Shown here: piece after piece, positions 36,261 through 48,596 of the stretch
Layout of the letters: every line of letters starts with the position of its first letter
Position numbering within the stretch: position 1 is the stretch's first letter
Source of the DNA: Sphyrna mokarran
Lineage: Eukaryota
Direction: 5' to 3'
Length of the DNA stretch: 64,000 nucleotides
NCBI GenBank assembly: GCA_024679065.1
Contig: JAGIQG010000007.1
Location: 49,166,001-49,230,000, forward strand
The notes under the pieces: generated by a model
What the model saw: the letters and a program-made list of their open reading frames with translations, nothing else
What the model was told of the DNA's origin: nothing
The model's database searches: none
Translations under genes and position numbers: made by a program

Positions 36261-38864
36261 TCTCCTCCAAATATGATATATTTAGAAGTAGCATCAAATG
36301 TGGTAAAATGGGATGAACTGAGAAACAACTGAGGCAACCTACACTGCAGGGACTGTGCAATAGACTCTTAAAAGGACATAGAAGAATTTGTTAGCAGATT
36401 GTTGAGATATTGGGGAGATTCTCTGGTTCTGCTCGTGCAGACACAAATTGTGTTATGGCTAGAGACTCTCGCAAGAGAGCCATAACTCGAGAACTCATTA
36501 GCGAGGGCATGAACCAGATTAGCCTAGTTAAATTCTCATTTAACTACACAGGATCTGTTTTAAGCTGGATTTTGCCCAATTCCTGAAATTCACTCACCTG
36601 CCTGCGCAACATGATGCTGTTTGGAATTATTACTAATTTCTGACACCAAATAGGGTGACTGCATAAGGTGGCTATGACGCCTTCTGGTAGTCAGGGACAA
36701 GCAGGACTGTGGGGATGGGCCTGATGCCGGCAATTAGGAAGAAGGGCCCAATGCCCGTAAGGACGGATTGGTGCGGGGAGGGGGGGGTGGGGGCAAGGGG
36801 GCACAGAGTGATGGGGTGATGGGTTATTTTCTCTCCCTGCCATGGTCAAGGATTTAAAGTATTTCCTATGTTGGGGGGTGGGGGCCTTCAACTTTACTTA
36901 AAGATCAGAGTGCCCTGATCTCTGGGAAGCCATTCTTACTGTGTCTTTTGGTCCTGCACATCTTTCGTGGCACAATTCACCCCAATCTTCAAAAGAAATG
37001 TCTAAGTGTGGATGGATTGCAGTCAGAATCCCACCAACTCAACTGCAGAAACGGCACTGCATTTCGGGCCAGAGACCACACTTGGAACTTTTTTGTGAGA
37101 ATTGCATACATTGGCTGTGATTCTCCCATTCTGACCCATTAATTTTTAGGCGGGTCAGGCCAGTAGAATCGTACATATGCTGATTCATGGGATTTGTGCA
37201 TGCATTTCCTGACATGCACATCTCTGATGGACATCCAGCGCGGTTGGGACCACACTGGTAACCGGCAGGAACAGCAGTAAGTCATTATAGTCTTATTTGG
37301 ATGTCATTATCAGGCCGAGGACTGAAGTCTCCAGGCCCAATAGCACCTCTGACCCTGCCGCTCCAATTTCACTCCGGCAGGGTTTAGAGTAGCCCCTCAC
37401 TTTTGGGAACTAGTGGGAAACCCTGCTGGAGTGAAGGGAGGGCAAGCGGGGCCCTTCAGCAGGAGATGGTGTCCCCAGAGCATGGGCATCCTGGCAGTGC
37501 CAACCTGTGCTCCCTGGCATGGCCCTAGAGGCAAATTACCCATGTCCAGGTGGCACCTTGGCACCACCCACCAGGCATCAGGTACTGCCAAGGGGCAGGA
37601 CTTAGGGGGCAGTGCCAACTGGGGTGGGGCCTGGGGATGACTGGTGGGGATGAGACTTCAGTCTGAAGTTTGAGACTTCCCAGAAGGTAGCTTGGAAAGA
37701 TGTCACATGGAAAAGCAAGCCACAGGAGCATTGGGTATATTGAAGAACTATACTTCAGTCCTTGAGTGGCTGCTGGAGCAGTTTCTCAGACAGATCCCGC
37801 ACCTCCCCAACCCTTCGGCCTGGTTAACCTTACCCATCCTCTTAAAGGGGCTATGCCTTGCATACGTAATATCAAGGGTTTAGCATCTTTGAAAGTAAAC
37901 ACATCACCAGTCTTAGTTGAAATGTATCTCAGGCTCCCACTCTTCTAACACTGATTCACCTCCAGGTAAACCACATTTCAACATTATACAACTGGCAAAA
38001 CTCTTGGCCTGTCCTTGTCTTTCTCCATACCCAAGAGACACTAGGGAGAGAATAATGGTTCTGAGTGACCATCATTTTTCAATCTTCTCTGATGAAGAGT
38101 GTGATGCCAGAAGACTATTAATATTGTATGATTGTTTAAATAGAAAGGGGCAAACTGAATAATTATAGGACAGTCAGCTTAACCTTGGTGGTGGGCATAT
38201 TATCTTTTAAAGTTTTGAAGGACAGTCTAAATCATCATTTAGAAGGCACAAATTAATCAAAGTTGTTCATTAAGGAGTTGTTAAGGGAAGGTCATGTCTG
38301 GCCAATTTGTTTGAGATGGATCTTAGCAAGACTTTTGACAAGGTTCCTCATGGCAGAAGGGTCAGTAAAGTGAATGGCTTGTTGCTGGCACAATCCCAAA
38401 TTGCACAGGCATCTCTGGAGATTTATTCAAATCTCACTAACTGCTGTGCAATTGGGATACTGCATCTTGGCTAAATCTTCACAAGCAGCAAGGTATTAAG
38501 GTGTAGCCTCAAGTTTGGCCCTAGAATTCCGATTTATTTTTCCAACAAGTTACTCCTCATCAGTTTCAAACAAAATTGGTCAAAGTGGAAATAAAAATAA
38601 GCAACAATAAATTCTGTAAATCTGAAGTAAGGAACAAGGGTACCTCAAAAGGAAACGTTAGACTAATGTTTCCTATCAATATCCTTTGCCACGCTAGTCA
38701 GTGTTCATGTGAGAGAATTTTCTTTCATTTCGTCAAAGCCTGTTAAACAGTTCACTACTTATCCAGTATTCATTTGTAGATTTTTTAAAAATACAAATTA
38801 ATACCATTTCTGTTAAACCAATTCCTTATTTATACATCTCCTTTCAAGTGTAAAAGTATTTCTC

Positions 38865-39198
38865 GGCATGATTGCACAGTGGTTAACACTGCTGCCTCAA
38901 CGCTGTGGACCCAGGTTCAATTCTCGGCTTGGGTGACTGACTGAGAAGTTTGCACATTCTTCCCTAATCTGCATAGGTTCTGGTTTCTTCCCACAGTCAA
39001 ACGTGTTCAGATTCGGCAGATTGGCCATATAAATTGCCCATTAATGTCCCATGATGTGTAGTTTAGGGGGATTAGTGTGGTAAAATACATGAAATTATAG
39101 GGTTAGGGCTGGGGCCGGGGGGGGGATCCTCTGTTGGAGAGTTGGTGCAGATTCAGTGGGCCAAATGGCCTCCTTCTGCGCTATAGGGATTCTATGAT
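38865..39198 (+). mobile_element. HE1-type SINE
   Basis: GCACAGTGGTTAACACTGCTGCCTC...GGTTCAATTC...GGCCTCCTTCTGCGCTATAGGGATTCTATG. Confidence 0.9.
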
Positions 39199-40162
39199 TA
39201 GTCAAGGCTGGAAATTTATTGCTTTTAAGTGAATGAGTGCTGTTGAATGGGTATCATTGCAGCCATTCTTCACACAGCAACAACAGTCAAAATAATGACT
39301 AGATTAGGCAAGAGTGTCTCATTCAAAGGATTATACCTTTTTCATGCTTCAAAGGCCTAGTTTTATTTTATGAACTTAGGCTCTCAGTGAAAGCTCCAAT
39401 CCACAGTTTATTTGTTGCATGCTGTAGCTGGAGGACAGTCACTCTCGTCTCTGGCCAAGATTCTCCAATCTCGTTCACACCGACACCACTGGCAGTGAGA
39501 ATAGAAAATTTAATGCTCAGCCAAATCTCTCCATTACAGCAGAACACCAGCCGCAGGCAAAGTCAAAGAATCCCAGCATTGATGTCAGATCTTTGTCTAG
39601 CAATGTCACAAAAATATATATTTTTGTCAACCATGTAACTGTAATCATTAAATCATGTATCTATTTTTATATAAGTACTTCTCATATTTATGACTTCCCA
39701 ATGTTGAATTAATATTAGTGTATCATACTGCACTTCCTTTCTCATTCAGCCTGGTTGAAGGCTCTTTGTTGAATAATGTTCAATAATTTAATGAAGAAAA
39801 CCAGCATAATTAATTAATATTCTGCATTTGTCTAAACCAGTGCTATGCAATTAAAGAGCTAATTCAATAACTAAAAGTTAATTCAAATTAGCTTCGGTGC
39901 AATATTGCTTATTAATTCTGATTACCAGTTTGCAAGTCCCTAAATTAAATACATCTTTTTTGCATCTATTGTCTAAATTGCTTTTTATTAAAGTTTAATA
40001 TGTGAATGCTGGACTTATTGATTATAAACAAAATTGTCTAAGTTAATGGATATAATTTAACATAACCTTGACCCTTTGGAAACTAAGGAGACCAAATCAG
40101 CCCTAATGTTTTATATACTACCTGATCTTACTTTCTACAAAGTTAATGCAAAATATAATTTA

Positions 40163-40700
40163 AAGTTTATTTATTTGTCCCACAAGTAGGCTTACATTGA
40201 AGCAATGAAGTTATTGTGAAAATCCTGTAGTTTCCACACTTTGGTGCGTATTCAGGTGGAAGTCTCACAGCACCAGGTTAAAGTCTAATAGGTTTATTTG
40301 ATAGTAGACACCACAAGCTTTCAGAATACTGTTCCTTCGTTGGGTGAGTGGAGAGTTCTCTCACGAAGGACGAAGAAACAGCATTCTGAAAGCTTGTGGT
40401 GTTTACTATCAAATAAAGCTGTTGAATTTTAACCTGGTATTGAGAGATTTCTTACTGCATTTACCCCAGTTGAACACTGGCATCTCCACGTCATGCCTGT
40501 GCACAGAGGGGGAATTTAGCTTGGCCAATGAACCTAAGCAACTTATCTTCAGAATGTGGGAGAAAACCAGACCACCTGGAGGAAACCCATGCAGACAGAG
40601 GGAGAATATGTAGATTCTGCACTGACAGACTCAAGCCAGAAATCTAACCCTGGTCCCTGTTGCTGTGAGATAGCAGTGCTCACCACTGTGCTATCATGCA
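40163..40700 (-). mobile_element. HE1-related SINE (CACAAGTAGGCTTACATT tail variant) interrupted by a mini-PLE
   Basis: Tail matches 62325-62385 and 4610-4660; head GCTGTGAGATAGCAGTGCTCACCACTGTGC. Confidence 0.8.
40259..40495. mobile_element. Fold-back mini-element made of a Penelope pLTR (family 1) with decayed hammerhead motifs
   Basis: Arms of about 95 bp fold at about 40355; the right arm continues with TTACTG...ACCCCAGTTGAACACTGGCATCTCCACGTCATG, matching the PLE 3' end at 55457-55506; GAAAGCTT core on both arms. Confidence 0.85.
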
Positions 40701-42019
40701 GGAAGAATGTAAAAGAGCTCAGCAACATGATCCTGCCAGTTTCCCCAGAGTTGGTCCAAATTATTTGTAATGTTTTGTAGCCAGAAGCAATAAATGAACA
40801 TCAAAATAAATCTATCTAGAACTTAAATTAAGTGTATTACCTGTTTCCTTAAGAACTCAATGTCTGCAGCACCTATTACTACCGTAGATGGCACTATGTG
40901 GGATATGTTAACAGGTAACATTATGCATCACATTTTAGCTGCTGTTTTATAGTTAAGAGTAGATCACCCTGAAATTACACAAACTGGCCATCACTTGCCT
41001 AAAAATTGCTCAAACCTGTTTACTGAAAAATATTTCAGTCAGGATTTTTCCTTTCAGTAACTGAAATTCATAAAGTCTGAAATAGAGTTTAAATAAAATG
41101 AAGCAATCCAAAAATTCTATATTTGACAACAACATGATCAAATTTACTTGATGAATTTTTTTTGATCTTTAAGTGCCTTTGTGAAAGTTGTTACTTGAAG
41201 GCCTCAATCTCTCCCAAAGCCTGAATGTGGATTTGAGTGAATAGAAATTGAAATTCACCCAATTGCTCTGTTTTCTTTTTGAGAACCAGCCCCCACCACG
41301 CCAAAGCTCTACTGTCCTGTTTGTGCATCAGTGCGGTGGTGGGTCAGCAGCATTGCAGGAAACATGTTGGTATTCGGATGATATGCAGTATCAGTCTGCT
41401 GACACAGATACAATAGTCTAAGTGCCTTCTGCTTCTGTACTGTAAATTTTCATGATTCTCTGAAACATATATGAGATCATTCTGATGAATTGTTTTGCAG
41501 AGAATATGCATAATTTGGAAGGTACAAGTTATTCAGCAGGTCAACATGTAAAATCTGAACATGTCTTACCAAGGGAGAAGAAAATTGAGTGAAGTGATCC
41601 ATGTAGAACTAGTGTGAAGTTAGGTGATTTATACATAACCATACAGTGACTGGTAAATGGTATATCTGTCTTCATCTGAATTCAGATGGTCTGCTTTGTA
41701 TTTTGCTCAGTGTAATTTTAATAACATGCCCTCCTGTGACAGGCAAATAGCATTATAGATTTGTTTAAATAGTCTGGGCATAATTTCAAGCTCGGGGCAA
41801 ATATTTGAAGGAAAGCAATATTCTTTCGCACTTTGATGTGAAATATTGAAGCTCTTTTTGCACATTTGTATTATGTTGGATATTCTATCCCAGACTTACA
41901 AGAGCAATTTTCCACTTGAATATATCAGTGAGCAAGGGGTATGCGAATGCACCCATTCCACCAGATGCTGTTTCTGTTCACTTCTCTAATGCAGCTGACC
42001 CAATTGATATGAAGTGTTT

Positions 42020-42195
42020 CAGCAGGGACAAAATACCTGAAAGGAAAAATATGCCTAGCCTGTTCCTGGGATATTTTAAACCTTAAACAAGGATGACTGG
42101 GGGAAGAATGGAGGAACCTAGGAGTTTTACAGCACACAGGAAGCCATTTGCCCCATTATATCGGTGTGTTGTTTTGCCCAAAAAATCCTAAACTA
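42020..42195 (+). pseudogene. Possible decayed CKS1/CKS2-like retrocopy
   Basis: MTGEEWRNLGVLQ resembles CKS MSE[SE]EWR[NR]LGVQQ; flanked by KY...DI and PKNPK-like residues in shifted frames. Confidence 0.35.
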
Positions 42196-43842
42196 ATCAT
42201 CGCATTATTCAATATCTCCCACTCATTAATCTGTCTATACCACTTTGCACTCTGTGTCTTCCTTACATTCGCCCTTTGCTTTGTATCAGCTGCAAATATT
42301 ATTCTTGGCCTCTGTCTAAATCATTATATAGATAGTAAGTAGCTGAAGCCTCAGAACTGCTCCTTGCCACAACTCTCCTAGTTACAGCTTATCAACTTGA
42401 AATGTATCATTCATCCCTACTCTCTGTCTGCTAACCAACATCTTATCCATGCTAATAGATCACCCGCAAATCCATGATCCCTTATCTGACATATTTGGCA
42501 GAATTTTATGAAAATGATTCAAAATGTCTAGCTAGTGTGAAAATGGAAGAGTTCCTGATCCATTTCTGGGGGGAGTTTTCATACCCAATTTTATATGCTT
42601 AGACATTAACAATATGGGCTAGATGGTTTATAGCTGCTGCATGCAGTGAGTTGGGATAATTCACCAGCTAGCCTGGGGATGTCTGTGTCAGCACATGTGC
42701 AGTGTGCAGATCCCACATGTTGCACATGTGCAATTTCAACAGCAGGAGCCTGACAGACAGAGCTGTCAGGCCAGTGCTGTTGCAGGCACCCTCAAAAATT
42801 CTCTCCCCCCCACACCACAATCAGGGAGGGGGGTGCTGCTGCCGATCATGAGCATGGTCATCTAGTCCACCACCCAGACTGATCACACCCTCCCCCAACC
42901 ATATCGTGATGCAGAGCCGCAGTGGGTCCCTCCATCCATCTCTGATCATGATGAACAGTGGCATTGGGCCACTCCTTCAGGCCCCACCCTGGAAGTACCC
43001 AGTGGGTCTGGTAGGCATTACCAAGGTGCCAGGCTGACACTGCTTAAGGGGCATCCCCCTTTGTGCTCAGTCTATCTGGGAGGCCTAATGGCCTCAGGTT
43101 CCACTGGCAAGGCCAATACGACTGTTTCCATTCCTGGGAAGCAGGTGTTTTACTCACTGGAGAGAACCTCTCTCAGCGAGGCCAAAAAAGGTAAATGAAC
43201 CCGGATGATCTGGCACCAGGCTCACTTAACAGATGTAAATTATTCAGCCTCTCACCCATTTCCACTGAGAGGCTGGCCTAACTGGAAATCGGGCTCTCGT
43301 GCAATCGCAAGAGCCAAAGAATCTGGCATGATCCTGATTTCAGTTCTTGCACGACTTTACCGGCTCACTCCACCCATCGATGGGCAGGACAAGCCACTAA
43401 AACACCGGCCATTAACACTTCATATGGCACCTTATTGAATGGCTTTTGGAAATTCCAAGTTCATGACATCTGGTACCTTTATTTGTCCTACTAATTACAT
43501 ACTCAAAAATGCTCATAGATTTGTCAGTTGTGATTTCCCTTTTGTTGAACCACATTGACATTGTCCAATCACACTAAGTTTTTTAACTGCACTTGTGAAG
43601 GTCATGAAATACCTTCTGAAGATTTATGTGACCATGTCTACTGCATTCCCTTTATCTAGCTTGTGGTAGAATTTTGGGGAAAAAAGATCTACATTTGTCA
43701 AACACAAACTTTTCTTGAGCAATTAATTGCTTTATGCAGAGCATGAGATAAATTTTCAGCTTCAATACTCCCCAGAATGGCAAATTTGGATTCCCATTTC
43801 CCATCCATTAATTTTGTTCCATGGCAGTGACACCACTGTAAA

Positions 43843-44180
43843 CTTAGAAGATAGAAGCAGGAGTAGATCGAGCCTGCTCCAGCATTCATTTTGTTCATGC
43901 AGATCATTAAATTTAATATCTGATTCCCCCCCCCTTCTTCCCATAACCCTTGATCCCTTTAACCCCAAAGGCTACACCAAATTTCTTCTTGAAATCAGAC
44001 AACATTTTGTCCTGAACTACATTCTGTAGTACTGAATTCCACACATTCATCACCCTCTGGGTGAAGGACTTTTTCATTCCCTCAGTTCTAAAAGGTTTAC
44101 CCTTTACCTCAAACTATGACCCCCCCAGTTCTGAATTCTCCCCGCCATTGGGAACATTCTTCCTGAATCTACCCTGTCTA
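43843..44180 (-). mobile_element. CR1 LINE 3' end
   Basis: AGAAGCAGGAGTAG...CCTGCTCCAGCATTC...GAATTCCACACATTCATCACCCTCTGGGTGAAG. Confidence 0.8.
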
Positions 44181-45000
44181 ATCTTTTGCATGTCCAGCAA
44201 GCTGATTATGTTGTAACCAGACTGTACCTCAGTTGATGAGGTTATGCCATTAAAATAAAAATACAATCCAATACATGCTGATCCAGATGCCTAAAGGCTG
44301 CTAAGACAATATAAGAAATGTAAGCATTTCAAGATAAACAACCAAGTGGTTATTCATCTATCCACTGTGATTTCATCTCCCTTAATACTTTAACGAATAG
44401 AAGTCTTACCATTCTTGCTTTGACATTTTTAATTGACCTAACTGCCACTTTTTTTAAAAAAACAGAAAGAAACCCAAATTTCCACTATTATAAGAAGTGC
44501 ACCATGATATTATTCCTGAAAACCCTAGTTCTAATTTTAAGATAATATCCCCTTCTCCTGAACTTTGTCAGAGGGCATAATTTCTATTTATCAACCTCAT
44601 CAAATCCTTTAAGTCTTCTGAAATACCTCAATGATACTGTCTCAAATGTCTAAACACAATGGAATACAAGCCAAGTCTAATCAACCTGTCCTTATAATTG
44701 AACCCTTTTAATCTTGGTATCATTGTGGTAAAAATATGCAATGCCTTCCCCAGTGATATGATACTCTTCCTGTGGCGTTGTGCCAAGAATTGAACACAGC
44801 ACCAGAAATGGTGTTTAATCAATGCTTTATAACACTAAGATAATGTTCACCTTTCCTGTTTCCCAGCTTGAAACAACAGCTAGAATTCCCTGCCACCGTT
44901 GGCAACAAGGACTGAGAATTTGGTGCTCAGCCAAATCTCCATTTACTGTTGTGGGACAGGAGAACCCTAGTTTGGAGCGAAGTCAGAGGATGGGTTTTAC

Positions 45001-45470
45001 AGCCTCACTCGGGCAAGACAAGAAATTCTACCAAGATCAACAAAGATTTCTGTTGTTGAATCCTTGCATACATCGACTCCATGGTGGGCGAGGTGGTAGA
45101 TTTCTGGCCCAAAAGAACAGGGTGGTAACTTCACCCTTTTCAATGTATCACAGAAGAGAACCTGAAAGTACTCATCTTGCAATTTGAAATGTAATGTTGA
45201 CACTATTAATTATAGAGAAGTCTCCTGCTTTAAAGTGGGAGAAGAAAATTACCTGGGACAAATTATAGATGTTAAGATTATAAAAGATGTAGACTTAGAA
45301 CTGGCTGATGATAACAGGCCTGTGTACACTGCCTTCAGGGAATGATCACAGTAATGGAATGGATTGGACCAACACCTGAAATTGGATCTTGTGCATCATT
45401 TGCACCAGACCAACAATTGATTAAAATTGCTGGGGGACTCCCTAGCGGCTTACCAATTCAGAATATTTTG
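45001..45470 (+). pseudogene. Putative permuted (C-A-B) RNA-virus RdRp fragment, birnavirus/permutotetravirus-like
   Basis: VGEEN (45235) - DVDLELADDN (45286-45315; cf. birnavirus motif A DLEKGEAN) - GGLPSGLPIQ (45432-45461; motif B-like), one frameshift; truncated by a CR1 tail at about 45471. Confidence 0.35.
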
Positions 45471-48043
45471 TGGAATCATAGAACAATTACAACACCGAAG
45501 GAGGCTACTCAATTCTTTGTGTCTATGCTGGCTCTCTGCAAGAACAATTCAGTTAGTCCCACTCTTCTGCCCTTTCCCAAAGCTGGCAAACATTTTCCCT
45601 TCAGATAATTATTCAGCCGCCATTGAATATTAGCAGCAATTTCTTTTGCCATTCATTTTAAAAACCTCTGGTTCTCGATCCTTTGCTAATTGGAAGAGTT
45701 TCACCTCATCTCCTCTATCCAGACCCCACATGACTTTGAACGCCTCTATCAAATCTCCTCACAACCTTCCCTTCTTTAGACAGAACAGCAGCAATTTCGC
45801 CAATCTATTCGCACAACTGAAATCCCTCATTGTGGAAACCGTTTGCAGAAATCTTTTCCATATCCTCTCTCAAATCCTTTCTAAAAGCGCTGAAAATTGA
45901 TATAATGTGGAAAATTTCCTCATTCTGCCTGCTATGAGGCAGATCATGGAAAAGTCCATTGATCTCACCTGGGATTTTCCTGTTTTGGGGTGAGCTTGGC
46001 TGGAAAATCCCCCTCATCATTCCAATTGATGGTCAACAAGTGTTTTATAAAGGTTCATCATAACCTCTTTGCCTACTTATGAAGCTCAGGAAGTGTATGC
46101 CTCATTAATTAATGACTTTGTCACCAAGTCATGCTATTGTGCTTATACATCCTCAGGTTCCCCTGCCTTTGCTTTGAAATGTGCATCTTTGTTTATATTG
46201 TCTCAATATTGTATTTGGAGCCTCAGTCCGTCTACTGGGTTATGTATTATTGAAAGAAGAGGCAATAGAATAATTGTCAGTCATGAGAAATTGGCAAAGG
46301 ACTAAAGTGGTAATTGGGAAAGGATTTGATGTGCAGTGATGAGAAGTAAGGAGGAAAGCAGTGGCCATCACTCCTGGATATGCCAATGCCACAGGAAGAT
46401 ATAGTTTTGTAAAACACAAAACTATTATTAGTTGCAGTTTTCAGTAGTCCCTTTCAGGACTACAGATCAGGCTATATGAGGAAGCTAATTTTCCTGAACC
46501 GATCTGGCATTGCAAATCAACCCATTTAGTAAAGGGGATAGTAAGCATTTATTAGGCCTACTATCTGCACAAACAACTGAGAGGTCTAATGCCGATATCA
46601 AGAGCAAGCGCTGGGTACCTTTGCCAACCTAAGTGCCATACTTCTGGCAAACAATGTCTGCCTGCACAGACGTTGGAACACTTTGGCACCTGTTTTAAGC
46701 CTAGATCATGCCAGCAGAATCATTACATTTCTGAATCATAATACTTTAAATTGTGACAGATTATAAAGGATTAAGGATTAAGCATTCAAGAGTTATCTCA
46801 AGCAATGAGGTATTAAATCGACTAACTATGGTCACAATATATGTCTGCATATTGACTGCACAAAGTTAGGAGAACTCCCAGACTGACAAGCAGAACTTCT
46901 AAAAATGCTGGAGCAAATTCTTGTTTTGGAGTGGTGGGGTCCCATGGGAATCAGGCCAGATAACCTCAGAACAAGTACAGAGGATGTTGGGTATGGAGAA
47001 AGATTTGGTTCAGTGCTCCCACTGTTTTGAAGTTTAATTTTTAAAAAAAGAAACAAAGAACAGCCCTCACTATTCCACACTCATTCCCCATCCCTGCCAA
47101 CTCATGTTCACTGCCCACCCCTTGGCTCTTTAAAACCCCCATTGCCAACCTCCGCCCCATCATCTCCATTCAATCTCACCCAGTATTTATCATGGGCAGA
47201 CCTCAGTATCCATGTTGACTTTTAACCTTTTAAAAAAATTCCAAGTGTCTATTGCATTTACTACTTCAACTAGATTAACCCATCCAACAAACATTTCATT
47301 CAATTGCATCATATTTATAAAAACTAGCATTGGAATCCGTGGGCCCACTTCAATAGACTGAGTGGATCTTTGACCTATCCATCAAACTGTGAAATAGCAG
47401 GTACCCTTTTGTGACAATGGACTGTCATGAAATCAATAATGCAGCATTAATCCAGTAATGAAAAACCAATGGCTCATGTCAACAAATAGAATGAAATAGC
47501 AAGCAATCATTTTTTAACATGTCATGCGGTATGTTTAAATGTTTTGCTAACTTCACAACTCCCTTTGACAATTCATCTAGAGACTCTGAACAGTTCCAAA
47601 GGGTTTATATATTTTTTAAACATACATGCATAAAGCAATGCTAAAGGGCACCTTACCTTTCCCAAATTCACCTGACTTCTTCCAAAGATGTTCCAGGACA
47701 AAATCAAAACAAAACCCTGGCTATCTAATTCAATCTGCACATCAGGCTTCAAACATGTATTACACAAACATCACAATAGCAGAGGCAGCTGCTGATTTCT
47801 ATGGGCAGTTGCCAGCATGAAATGCACATATCACATCCTGATCTGGACCTATTCTCACCCCAGCCAAATGCTGGTACCATGTTCTGAGGTGCAACTCCCA
47901 GATTTAGGCTACTTCCATTATTTTTGTCATGACGAAGAGGCTCTTCACGTTGCTGGTGGTGGATGGAATATCATGTGTCATTGCTTTGGCCATGCATCAT
48001 TTATAGCGCAACAATATTGTTTCTGTAACTTATAATTTCCTTT

Positions 48044-48596
48044 ATAGAATCCCTACAGTGCAGAAGGAGACCATTTGGACCATTGAGCTTGCACTGACAA
48101 CAATGCCACCCAGGCGCTCCCCCGGCCCCCCACCCCCTGACAGTAAGGGGCAATTTAGCATGGCCAATCAACCTCGTCTGCACATCTTTGAAACACAGTA
48201 AAAAGTCTGACAACACCAGGTTTAAATCCAACCAATTTATTTGATAGTAAATTCGCAAGCTTTTGACTCTATGGCCTTTGTCAGGCGAATGAGGTGTTCT
48301 GGTCTCCAACAGCATGTTGTTGGAGACCAGAACACCTCATTCACCTGACGGAGGCCATAGAGTCGAAAACTTGAGTTTACTATCAAATAAAATCTGTTGG
48401 ATTTAAACCTGGTATTGTCAGACATTTTACTGTGTTTACCCCAGTCCAATGCCAGCATTTCTACATCAACTTTGAAACACCCAGAGGAAGTTCACGCAGA
48501 TATAGTGAGAACGTGCAAGCTCCAAACAGACAGCTAGCTGAGGCCAGAATTGAACCCAGGTACTGCAAGGCAACAGTGCTAATCACTGTGCCACTG
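48044..48596 (-). mobile_element. HE1-type SINE interrupted by a mini-PLE
   Basis: ATAGAATCCCTACAGTGCAGAAGGAG tail; head CAGTGCTAATCACTGTGCCAC. Confidence 0.85.
48197..48469. mobile_element. Near-perfect palindromic mini-Penelope (pLTR only) with hammerhead motifs and an 11-bp TSD
   Basis: Arms of about 120 bp fold at CA|TG (48314/48315) with no spacer; TSD CTTTGAAACAC at 48186-48196 and 48470-48480; 3' extension ACCCCAGTCCAATGCCAGCATTTCTACATC. Confidence 0.9.
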
